Assembly: GCF_964355755.1 (NCBI RefSeq) | Contig: NC_092677.1 | Span: 11,244,101-11,308,100 of the forward strand | From: Antedon mediterranea | Lineage: Eukaryota; Animalia; Echinodermata | DNA length: 64,000 bases | Reading direction: 5' to 3' | Part shown: one piece after another, positions 12,144 to 23,800 of the stretch | How the letters are laid out: every line of letters starts with the position of its first letter | Numbering within the stretch: position 1 is the stretch's first letter | Notes under the pieces: generated by a model | The model's input: only the letters and a program-made list of their open reading frames with translations | What the model was told of the DNA's origin: nothing | The model's database searches: none | Made by a program: the position numbers and the translations under genes

Positions 12144-14138
12144 TTAATATTTCCACATTATTCATCAATTCAAAATGTCAATTGGTTAAGCTTCTGTTCC
12201 CACTGTGACGTACAGTATGAACGCAACTAATTTGACCAATCACAAGGAATGGATCATCAAAACTGGATTTACGCGTAACACAATATGTTTTACTAAATTT
12301 TACAAAATGCAACAAATTGATTCAACTTCCTTACATTACAATGTTTAATTGTCGAATCCTTTAGTAAAAACAACTTTAAAGTGATCCTCTAAAACAATTA
12401 ACTTAAAGGTAAAGATAGCTTGAAATTAATGTACACAACGACTTACCGACGTAATCTAAAAATGAATTCATAAAACACTAAATAGACACAACCAAATACT
12501 GTAGGCTATACCAACAATGAATAGAATAATGCCATTAAGCCTACTCACTATAAATTATAGAATGACTCACAATAATGCACTGTATATCAACCGTAAAACG
12601 AAGAACAAAATAATTCTTTTGTATAATAACACGGAAATAAAAGCATATAAAGTTCACTCTCGGCAAGGATCCGTCCAGAACCAGACGACATAAATTACGG
12701 TAGGCCTACTATCGTTCAAAAGGGCATCTGAGATGACTATATACGTACAGAGAGGAGAATGTAGTGCCAGATATCACATTGCAATACTGTTAGTTCTTTT
12801 GACGGTTGGTAGTAAGTAGCTCTTAAAATTGTTTTAGTTAAAAACAAAGGTAGACTAAAATGTTTTATTCTAAATACTTATGTTTCACCTTTCTCTTTTC
12901 CAGCCAGAATTTATCGAGAATACATTCCATACATTTGAGGCCACTCGCCGAGTGGGCATCGTCTATTCACATTGCCGATAAAAATTCCTACTTTATCTAT
13001 TATGTTACGTTTCGCTACGATTCATGCACCGTTTAAAAAAGTCTATAAATAGACCTACAAACAAATAAAATAGTACTTGGCTTTAAGTCAACAAGACGGA
13101 AATGCTGTAGGCCTAGATAGGCAATTGTACTAAACTTACTTACCCTAACCAGCATGCATTTCGAGCTAACGTCTAAAAATATAAGTATAATAAATCGTAT
13201 CCGGATATTCACCCCCTGGACATTTACCCCCCCCCCCCGGAAAACTACCCCCCGGACAACCACCACCTGGACAACTACCCCCTTAGGACAACTACCCCTT
13301 TAGGACAACTACCCCCCGGACAAATACCCCCCGGACAACTACCCCCTTAGGACAACAACCGCCTTAGGACAACTACCCCCTGGACAACTACCCTCCGGAC
13401 AATTACCCCCTAGGAACAATTACCCCTAGGAACAATTACCCCTGACAATTACCCCCTCCCCCGGGTAAATACCCCGCGGACATCTACCCCACCCAGACCA
13501 TTCAACAACCTGACTCTGCAACAGTGTATTATAGGAATTAATAACTATATTTTAATTCGTTACTTAGACGAATTACTATTCATTATTGTAAACAAAAGTA
13601 AAAGATTGAACATAATTATAGCCTGGTATAAACTGAAGATTGTCACACATGATCATAGGATAGTCGAACGTATTTTATAGTACTCCCTGTATTTACTGTA
13701 AAGACTGGTTCGCTAATAATAATAATAATATTTTTTGCGTCAGGACAATGCTTCGATAACCACTGGTCTTAAAAGAATTAATTTTTGTCTCAAATTTGTC
13801 ATATATGTATTTTTGTACACTTGATGAATAATATCACTTTTGATATTTGACCTCAATGTTCACTCACCGAGTAAACGGCGATCTTTAAATAAATTCCCCT
13901 CAACTTAAACGGTGACCATGTTACTCCCATGAAACATCATATGGAATAATCGGCGTCTATTTCCATTAGATTATACCCCCTCCCATTGAATAAACAACTT
14001 TCTTCCAATAAATGTCCACGTACCTAAAAACCACCTGAACAATAAACAGCCCAGGCCGTTTTTTCAATAAATACGGTACTTTAAATCTAGCACATCTATG
14101 GTCTAGTGTGCTGTTAAACAGAATAATCGGTTAAAAAC

Positions 14139-14321
14139 GGGTGTTTCGAAACTAGAGACCCGAGACCAGAGACCAGAGACCCGAGAGTGGGGTCTCCCTT
14201 TTCGTATAGTGGGGTCTCCATTTTCGTACGTGGGTCTCCCTTTTCGTATATTTAGGTCTCCCTTTTCATATTGGGTCTCGTGTCAGGTCTCTAGTCTCGG
14301 GTCTCTAGTTTCGAAACACCC
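14139..14321. mobile_element. Mutator-like MITE, copy 1
   Basis: TIR GGGTGTTTCGAAACTAGAGACCC with a 9-bp target duplication GTTAAAAAC on both sides. Internal GGTCTCCCTTTTCGTA repeats. Confidence 0.75.
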
Positions 14322-14538
14322 GTTAAAAACAGATGATTTCATTTTTACAGAAACCGGTGTCTATTTCCATTAGATTATACCCCCTCCCATTGAATAAACA
14401 ACTTTCTTCCAATAAATGTCCACCTAAAAACCACCTGAACAATAAACAGCCCAGGCCGTTTTTTCAATAAATACGGTACTTTAAATCTAGCACATCTAGG
14501 GTCTACCGTGCTGTTAAACAGAATAATCGGTTAAAAAC

Positions 14539-14955
14539 GGGTGTTTCGAAACTAGAGACCCAAGACGAGACCAGAGACCCAATACGAAAAGGGAGACCTA
14601 AATATACGAAAAGGGAGACCCACGTACGAAAAGGGAGACCCCACTATACGAAAAGGGAGACCCCACTATACGGAAAGGAGACCCTAATATACGAAAAGGG
14701 AGACCTAAATATACGAAAAGGGAGACCCAAATATACGAAAAGGGAGACCCAAATATACAAAATGGGAGACCCAAATATACGAAAAGGGAGACTCACTATA
14801 AGAAAAGGGAGACCCCACTATACGAAAAGAGAGACCACACTATACGAAAAGGGAGACCCTAATATACGAAAAGGGAGACCCAAATATAGGTCTCCCTTTT
14901 CGTATTGGGTCTCGTGTCAGGTCTCTGGTCTCGGGTCTCTAGTTTCGAAACACCC
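14539..14955. mobile_element. Mutator-like MITE, copy 2, with an expanded ~21-bp TACGAAAAGGGAGACC array
   Basis: Same TIR and same 9-bp GTTAAAAAC flanks as copy 1, with about 15 internal units. Confidence 0.75.
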
Positions 14956-16423
14956 GTTAAAAACAGATGATTTCATTTTTACAGAAACCGGTGTCTATAT
15001 ATTTGTCTACTTTTGGATTGGGGGGGGGGGGGGAGTTGACCGGGGGTAGTTGACCGGGGGGTAGTTGACCGGGGTAGTTGACCGGGGTAGTTACCTGGGG
15101 GGTAGTTATCCTAAGGGGGTAGTTGTCCTAAGGAGGTAGTTGTCCGGGGGGTAGTTGTCCGGGGGTAGTTGTCCGGGGGTTGTTATCCTAAGGAGGTAGT
15201 TGTCCGGGGAGTAGTTGTCCGGGGAGTAGTTGTCCGGGGGGTAGTTGTCCTAAGGGGGGTTGTTGTCCGGGTGGTAAACATCCGGGGGTAACTGTCTAGG
15301 GGGTAGGTGTCTAGTGGGTAGGTGTCCTAGATAATAAATAATTATCTAGGACACCTACCCCCTAATTATCTAGGACACCTACCCCCTAGACACCTACTAC
15401 CCCCCCCCCCCTAGACAGTTACCCCCCGGATGTAAATATACTCAAAACTTTTTTTTTTAAAAAAGCGGCCGCCGCCGCGTGTCGTAACCGGCACCTTCAC
15501 CACGTGTCGTCATCACGTGTGCAAATTCAACAGACAGCGCGAGCAGTAGTCTAGTTAGCAGCACATGTAGCAGAAGATCTCGACAGGAACTGAGGAACAT
15601 AAAATTAGAAATACAATTATCATAAAATTAGGACTACCTACAGTAGTAGTAGACGCAGCTCCGGCTAGGCCCCCGGCTAGGCCCCAAAACCAAGACAACG
15701 TAAGTAAGCCCATTAGGCATTACATTAGTTAAACTTAGCTTAAACATGCGCACTAGAGAGGCCTAGCTAGTAAAGTGGCCAGGGCTAGACTATATAGACT
15801 CTAGGCCTCCTACCTAGATAGGCTAGAGGGCCTAGATAAATAGTATTTTAATAGGCCTAAGGCTAGGCTACGTTTAATGTAGTAGGCCGCGCCTAGTTAT
15901 TTTAAATAGCCTGAGAAATGTTCATTTAATAGTACGGTACCGTTCCGTATCCATACTTCTGGCTACTGATTCAATGAAGGCTGATGCCAGGGTAGGCTGG
16001 GAAATGTTCATTTCTAGATACGGTACCGTACCGTATCCATACTTCTGGCTACTGATTCAGTGAAGGCTGATGCCAGGCTTAGGCTGGGCCTACGTAGTAA
16101 CGGTGGTGCCAGCACTACAAACGAACCCTTCCCGGCCAGTTGTAATCGGAATCAAAAGATATTCGCGTATTTCGCTCCAAGTACGCTGTTACAAAGAATG
16201 CAATGATATAATGTTAAGTATACGAAGTCGGACGGTACGTTTGGGAAAACGACTAGTAGTAGGCCTATATTAGTAGGCCTAATCTACTACATTTCGGCAA
16301 ACGTCACACGACGAAGGTGACCAAGTTTGTTTAGAATACGTATATATCATTACAAAATAACAAAAGGTCTACATGTATTATTTAGGAGAGCTTTTCCTGC
16401 AATATTTTCAATCCATCTTGCAG

Positions 16424-17377
16424 GTAATGTTGCATATGACATACGCTTAGTGAACGGTAATTCAAAACATGAGGGTCGTGTTGAAATACTCGTGGACGGT
16501 AGTTGGGGCACGATATGTGATACAAATTGGTGGGTAGCAGAAAGCGATGCCGTATGTAAAAAGCTAGGCTATGAACATGGATCTCACACGTATAAAGGAG
16601 CCCATTTCGGTGAAGGACCGGATCAGATTTTGTTCTACAGCGTTAATTGTAGTAAAGGTATGGACTTTGATGACTGCCATTTTGAGCCTACGTCGATTCA
16701 ACCTTGTTCACATCATCGTGATGTTGGAGTAAAATGTAATACCGGCGAGGATGATGATGGTAAGTTTTAAACATCCTAATAAAAAAAGTTGTCTAACAAC
16801 GTTTAAGACGTACTCAAGAAACAATATGCAATTAGAAAAAAATTCTCCAATCATTTAATTTATATGCTGCTAATTAGAACTTTACAGCTTAACCTATAGG
16901 CAATCTATACAGTAAAAAAAATCACCATAAGTGTTTTAAAGACTTAATGTTCAACAAACTCTCTATAGACCTAAAAAATTAAACATTTTAAATGTGATTG
17001 AAAAAATTCATCTCCTTCCCAAATTGAGAAAGTGCGATGCTAACGCACGAAACGTTGGTAAGTTTCAACGTTTATTTTTCACCTTCATGAAAAACGAAAA
17101 TTTGATTTCAAAAATTTTAAATGTGAATTGATATCTTTTAATAGGTTCTGGTAACAACAAAATGTTGGTGGGCGTAATAGTCATTGTTCTGTTAGTTATT
17201 GTCTGTCTGATCTTCGGAATTCATATAATCCGCAACAGAAGAAGAGCTCGTAATGAGCATGCGCATCGCAGAATTAAATCAGAAGAAGAGGAACAACAGA
17301 CAAAGCCTATTAATGAAAAGGAACTTATAGAAAATGAAGCACAAAAACCTGAAGAAACCGAAACGAAAGACGTTTAG
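16424..17377 (+). CDS. Single-SRCR-domain type I membrane protein (exons 16424-16759 and 17145-17377; signal-peptide exon not identified)
   Basis: Six-Cys group A SRCR domain IRLVNG...EGRVEI...WGTICD...VCKKLG...DVGVKC in a phase 1-1 exon. TM MLVGVIVIVLLVIVCLIFGIHII is followed by RNRRR and a short acidic tail. Confidence 0.85.
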
Positions 17378-17836
17378 ATTTCTATACAATGTTTATATTT
17401 TTCATCAGACTAATATACATTTAGCGTTTTGACAAACTTGCAACCTTATGTCTGAAAAGTTTGTCTAAATGTCCGACATTTTGCTTATACCATATTATAC
17501 AGACAATTGATTTAAAAATTCTAGCGACAATAATTTTTCTTTTTGATTTAGTGGATTTGTACCTTAACTACTTAAATATTCCTGGTAAGAATAACAATAG
17601 TTAAATAAAATAGTATTTTAATTTAATATGTATACAGATACTAATCTACGTACATTAGGCCTATACGTAAATATTGATGCATACAATGCAAATATCACAG
17701 TTCAATTATTAAAGTTTGCAATTTTAGGTGAGTGTATTCAAGTTGTGGTGTCTATACACACGATCCCCGATTGAAATACTAATAATTATAATACATGGAG
17801 TCGGGAGTATTCCCATCTTGTTTTGAACTTAAATTT

Positions 17837-20800
17837 TCAAAGTTGACTTTGAGCAACGGTTGAATGTCCTGCTGCCGTCATCGCGTTAGTACTTTTAGTC
17901 CCCTGTTGTAAAAAAAAAATCAATTAACTTAGATAATAGGTAAACACATTACACAGATAGGAAATTGATCTAATAATACTCAGTAGTGATTAATGACTAT
18001 AACTCTGTACTTACCTGAGAGGTCGATAGATCTTTGATCTTGTTGTTCCATCGAAAGTGTTTTGCCATCCATTTTTTGCCAGCTCCGCAGATCTGTAAAA
18101 TAATATTTATCTATAATATAAATGATAACTAAAAACAAAATAATCAGTAATATAACGGTAAAAACTCAATCATTGCCAATGGTTTTACTAAAAATAACCA
18201 ACAGAACATCTCGTGATTTCGTATTTTTATAAGGCCTATATGTTTTTTTTTTGCTACTGACCTCATTGTCCAGCAGGCAGCAAACAACAAATACAAAAAC
18301 ACCTTGTAAAGAGTTCAGAATATTAAAGAGGTAGACAACAAACAGGCTCGCGTTGGCAAACGCTCCCAATACCCACGTCACACCCAGAATAGGGAGAAGT
18401 ACGAAGCTTCCTCTGACAGCGGTTCTAAAAATGGCAATGTCAGGGTGTTAAAATATGGGGAAACATGTATCTGTACTTTATATTTTGCTAAGTTTCTCTA
18501 GTATTGTCACCATAATATTGTAATGTAGATCACCTTGAGGTGGTTTCATAAAAGATACTCAAAATCACTGATTTATACCAGTGGTATCTGCATATGACAA
18601 TATTTGTCTAGTATCATAGACAAATTCTGTAATACAGCATCCCATGTGTTCAGATATGATGCCTGTATCATGGACGGTTAAGTTAAGAGTTAGGTTATGA
18701 ATTAATACATGATTTACATATGTTTCACCTAAGATACTGTATCACGAAAGTTGCCTGGTCAAATTTAGAAACAGTACCGAGAATCGGCTACTATGGCTCT
18801 GTCACTGACAGTCAGATATCAAACTGTACATATTCATTGAAACAGCTAATAAGCTACTCTTTTTAGATCTAAATAATACGAGGTATACCGCTCAACTTAA
18901 CTTACCATATTCATTATTTTTATCAATAGGCCTATATTTCCCTAAACAGGTCACGAATTTCCTTAATACCAAGTTATTATTTTTCTCCGTTGTGGCATAA
19001 CCACAACTTCATCTATTACAATACGTAGTTATACCACGAAGGAAATGAATAACTCATATATATTGATATACACAATTATCTTATTATTGACACATTGTTG
19101 TTGGCCAGATTGTTACGGATATAGAACTTTGTATGCATTTAATTTGTATTGATTATTTCTAATTTCAACAAATTTCATCCGTTAATAATGATATTTTCCT
19201 TTCTTGGCACATTAGATTGATTATAGAAAATTTACATTATAATGAGGTTTTATTTTAATTATTATATGCAGTATGCCCAGCCTATCCTAGATTGTATAAC
19301 TGTTATTAGGTTTTACCAAATTGCTTTTTCAAATCAAATTATTTTACTTATTTATGATTGACAGATCTCTCTCATTTTTCTTGTACAGTTTGTAAGATAA
19401 TTATAATGTAACATTAAGATACATTGCCTTACATTCGTTGTATATGATTTTTTTATTCTTGTTATAAATTTCAGTAACTTTAAACTCATTTAAGTCTGCG
19501 ATGAATCTTTCCAATACAAAACAGGCACATGTATTATTTTAAAATTTCATTTTGAGTATAACGAAATATGTTGATACAGTAGCATGCTTGGTTGTCTCCG
19601 ATTCAGTTCATAGGGCCTAACAGACAAGACAGAACTAAACAAATTTCGTTACCTTAGTTGTTTATATTCCTTTTGTATCTTCGGCGGTTTTCTTAACATT
19701 GGTCCCGATCTTTTGTAAATAACGTAAACCATTTTTGCCAATACTACTATATTTACCTGTAATAATTGTAATATAAATTTATGAATTGTGACTTGCGAGT
19801 TTGTGACAATGGTGTTCCAGTGTACGCTGTAGGTTCTCTGTACAAACAGACACAGTTTTATTTATTTAATGTTGTTGAAATAAAAGCTTACCCCAACTAT
19901 TAAAAGTGCTGGAATTGCAAAAACCAATCGGCAGCTACTTCTCAGCCAGCACCTAAAATGTAATGAAGATCGTAACCTCAACTTGATATTAGTTTTTGGT
20001 GGTTGTTTTTATGGTCTCCCGGAGCCAACTGCATGGTCACACTTAATATGTTAAACAATTTATTCGAACTATAACTCTCCTCCTCTAACGTACTTCCGGT
20101 TATTCACATTCCCTTATCGGTATCTATCAACTCTTACGCACTTCATCCATCGTTTTCTTTCCAACTTGGCCACCTAGCATCTCGAATCCAAATCCAACCT
20201 GTTCCGTCTCTCAAAGCAATAGGCACACTCTTCCACTCTCAAGCAATCTCTCTACTTCCACCTCTCAAAATAATTTAGTGAGCTGTCTCTTACATTGTTT
20301 CAGTGACATAACAGTCATATCTGACTGCAGCAAACACGCCGATGAAACATGCTGGTGTCAGGTAACAAAATAGCATATAATGCATCAGCTTCAATTTGTT
20401 GGATGCGTTCTTGATCACCTTAATGACAAGAAAACATGCTTCCGCCAGCATCCACATGAACATGCAGAAGATGAGATAGTGCAGAAGAATCGCAACGAAC
20501 TTACACGACTATAATAGAATAAACAATAAGCATTTACGTCGCTTTGTCAGTCAGTCTTTCGGTATCGGGCAACTACTCTATCTTTGTCATTGAATGTCAC
20601 TGATCTCACCAGTACTAGTGGTTTATGGGTCATTCTTTCAACCATTACCTTTTGTTCTGTTTTGTTAATGGCTGTCAGAAAGAGCAAGTCAACACCAAGC
20701 ATACACACAATGAGATTGACGTGGATCTTGTGACGCACAGACATTTTGTCACATCTACCAATAAAAGAAGAGGAGAAAGTGAATCATAAGCCTCTTTCTC

Positions 20801-23800
20801 TTTCATTTATTTGTTAAAAGTGTCCAAATTGACACCTATATCTGATCATAATGTTAGGGCCTACATGAGATTCGAATTTTTTAACAAGCTACTTTGGGAG
20901 TTGCGAGCATGGTTCGATATCATTTTAAAACAACCGCCGCTACTGTCTGGTCTCCTAGTTTAGTGACAGTGAACCGTTAACATGTATCAAATCACCGTCA
21001 AGCTAGATACAACGTCAGGCCAGACTATGTTAATGGTGGTTGCAGCTTTTCAGACATATCGAAGAACACTGGCCTAGCATACTTTGGAAATATTACAGGT
21101 GGACCACGACCTATCAGTACGCGCTTTTATTGTGATGACTATGATGATTCTATGGAGTAAAGTAGTGAATTAATGGAAGGCAGGCTAAGGTTGTTAAACG
21201 AATTAAATACCTCAATACAACATATACCAATAGACATATTATCAACGTCACAACCGAGAGGCTTAGTCCAATTATTGTAATCCAGGAATTTATGACGTCG
21301 TCTTTTGCTGACACCTTAAAAGGTAAGAAAACATACGGTATAAATGTGTTTGTAGTCCCTGTTATTACTTATTATTACTAATGTCGAACTGTGTTAGATT
21401 GCCTTAGTTAAAACAAAGTAGGCCTATATACCTCATCATCCGAGACTTGCATAAGAACAGCAAAGCTTGTCATATGAGAACAGAAACAGTGAATAACCTG
21501 TGTTGTAGAATTGTAGTTGAGCATCTGACATCCTCTTGTTGACCATTTGCTGAAAGTTGAACACAAGTTATTTTTCGAACTGAACTTATAATAATTATTC
21601 TCACGGAATCTCGAATATTTGTGTCAAACTGTCGATTTTAGGCGTATTAGTATGATGTAAAGGATTTTCCACATTATTATTTTCATGATACCGTACATGC
21701 GTTGCAATTGAAACATCATGAGGTGCTGTATCACGGAGTTGTCCAGGAAACTGGACAAATCCAGATACAGTACCTTGTTCGGATAACATTTTGGTGAGTA
21801 CCCGGTCTGTAGATTGCATTCAGTTTTTAAATTTTATGCTACAACGACGAAATATAATTACCTCGATTTTATATCGTAAAATACACACAGAGAATTCTTT
21901 TCTATATATTCTGATGATTCCTGTAAGAGAAAGGTATTGTATTATTCACTCCGACTGATTTTGTCATCATGCATCTGGATTATTGTTTTCTCATTTTTTT
22001 AAATATAAAGTTTGCGGTACAACACGTATATTAGTTCTGAAAAGAACATTTTATGATGTGCTTCATTGTTATTGAAGAGTTTATTGTAAACTTCTGTACT
22101 TTTTCTAAAAGGTAGTTTGTTTAGCTTACATTAAATGGGTTGATCGGTAAACTTAACTCCACTTGTCCGGCAATAAGGGTGTCGTTTATTCCATAGATAC
22201 TTATCGATAATAACCCACTTATGAGTATAAATATATCATCTCCATCGTGTAAATCATTGCTGCAAAATTAATATTATTGCTCATACCATGGATAAATAAA
22301 ATAAATAATATTAAATAATATTTTTTTCCTCCATGATCATACATATTAGTAAATGGAAAAAATAGCTCTTGTTTGTACAGATTAAATTAACCATGATGGT
22401 CCTGGTCATCGCAAATTGAAAGCTCCCTAAGTTAGTGGAACTTTGAGAGAGAAGAGAAGAAAATTAAAAAGAATCCATTATGAATTGTAACAGTCAGAGT
22501 GACATGGTTAAAGATCATTACAGACGATTTACCATTTTTGTATCAATATATTAACGGGTATGTCGGGTCCGTTAGCCACTAATCACGTTCAAAATAGATT
22601 ATATCAAAGTATTAACGTTTTACTTACGTCGTGTGATCATAATCTACGTAGACATCTGGTCCGTTAGCCACTACGTCACGTTCAAAATAGATTATATCAA
22701 AGTATTAACGTTTTACTTACGTCGTGTGATCATAATCTACGTAGACATCTGGTCCGTTAGCCACTACGTCACGTTCAAAATAGACAGAAACCAGTACCGG
22801 TACCACTATATAGTTTTCTATTAAAACATAAAATATTTAAATCGTTTATGTTATATTTCAATGAGGTATGGCGTTAGTGACGAGCAGGTTAATCAAAAGA
22901 GTACATTTAAAATTCTGTAAATTATAATTTATCCCGTATAACATTAATTTCAATATCAGTTAAACTGGTAACCTTGGCATTTTACGCTTTCGCCTGTGGG
23001 ATAATTGTTAGAATACACGATTGTTTGATTACCTATAGGACTTTTTCTAAAGTATTACTTGCTATTGTCTGTATGTTTATTTACACGTTAACGTCCACAA
23101 TTTAAAGTTATCATCCTGGTTTTGTTTATATAAGCATATAACAGACACTGTAATGAAAATATATTAATATTGGTACTTCACAAAACGTTTTGAAATCTCG
23201 AGTTATCTTCTTCAATATGATACGAAATATTATATAACACGTCCTCTGTTGTTTCTTCATTTTGTATATGCATTCTGTATATTGCTTATAGGAGTCCCTT
23301 AGTTTGGGTTTCAGACGGAGTTTTGATTTAATATTAGATAAATATATTGGCACACATGGCGTTTCATACGTGTACTCGAAATAACTACAGACTTAGGGAA
23401 AGTCTCTAGGAGTCCCTGTTTCTAAATGCAAAATTTAGTTTTTTACCTTCGTTTGGCGAAACTTTAACACTGAAAAACACGGATTTGTCGTTGGCAGTTT
23501 TAATCTCCTGGTGAACGACGCTACTTGTTTTGCCAATCCATGAGGCCTTTGAATCTGAATTTAATTTCACGGAATTTAGGTATCAAACATAATTATGCAA
23601 CGATAATTCCGATTATAATTTTTTGTATACGGTAATTGTTTATTACAATGGAAAACATAATTTAGTCTTTCTCTGTTAAAAGATGAGACAATTACTGAAT
23701 TTTATTACCCTGGTAAAAATGATAAAAATAACATGTGATTTATTTCTGTCATCGATAAAAAAATGGAAGTCGTCGACCAAAATATTTGTTTTAGGAAACA

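Larger units (their letters stand above)
13201..15435. mobile_element. Foldback-like composite element with minisatellite arms: GGACAACTACCCC units at 13214-13490 and inverted GGGGTAGTTGTCC units at 15030-15330
   Basis: Tandem 14-17-bp units occur in opposite orientation at the two ends. There is an extra local palindrome at ~15270-15435 and an internal tandem duplication (~13950-14356 and ~14357-14995). Confidence 0.7.

Noticed and set aside
14762-15049. 95-aa ORF (MGDPNIRKG...)
   Set aside because: It is a translation of the MITE internal tandem array.
15916-16085. ~85-bp direct repeat containing CTGA/TGATG motifs as a snoRNA or ribozyme pair
   Set aside because: Box order, terminal stems and a catalytic core are not convincing. 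It is treated as a simple local duplication.
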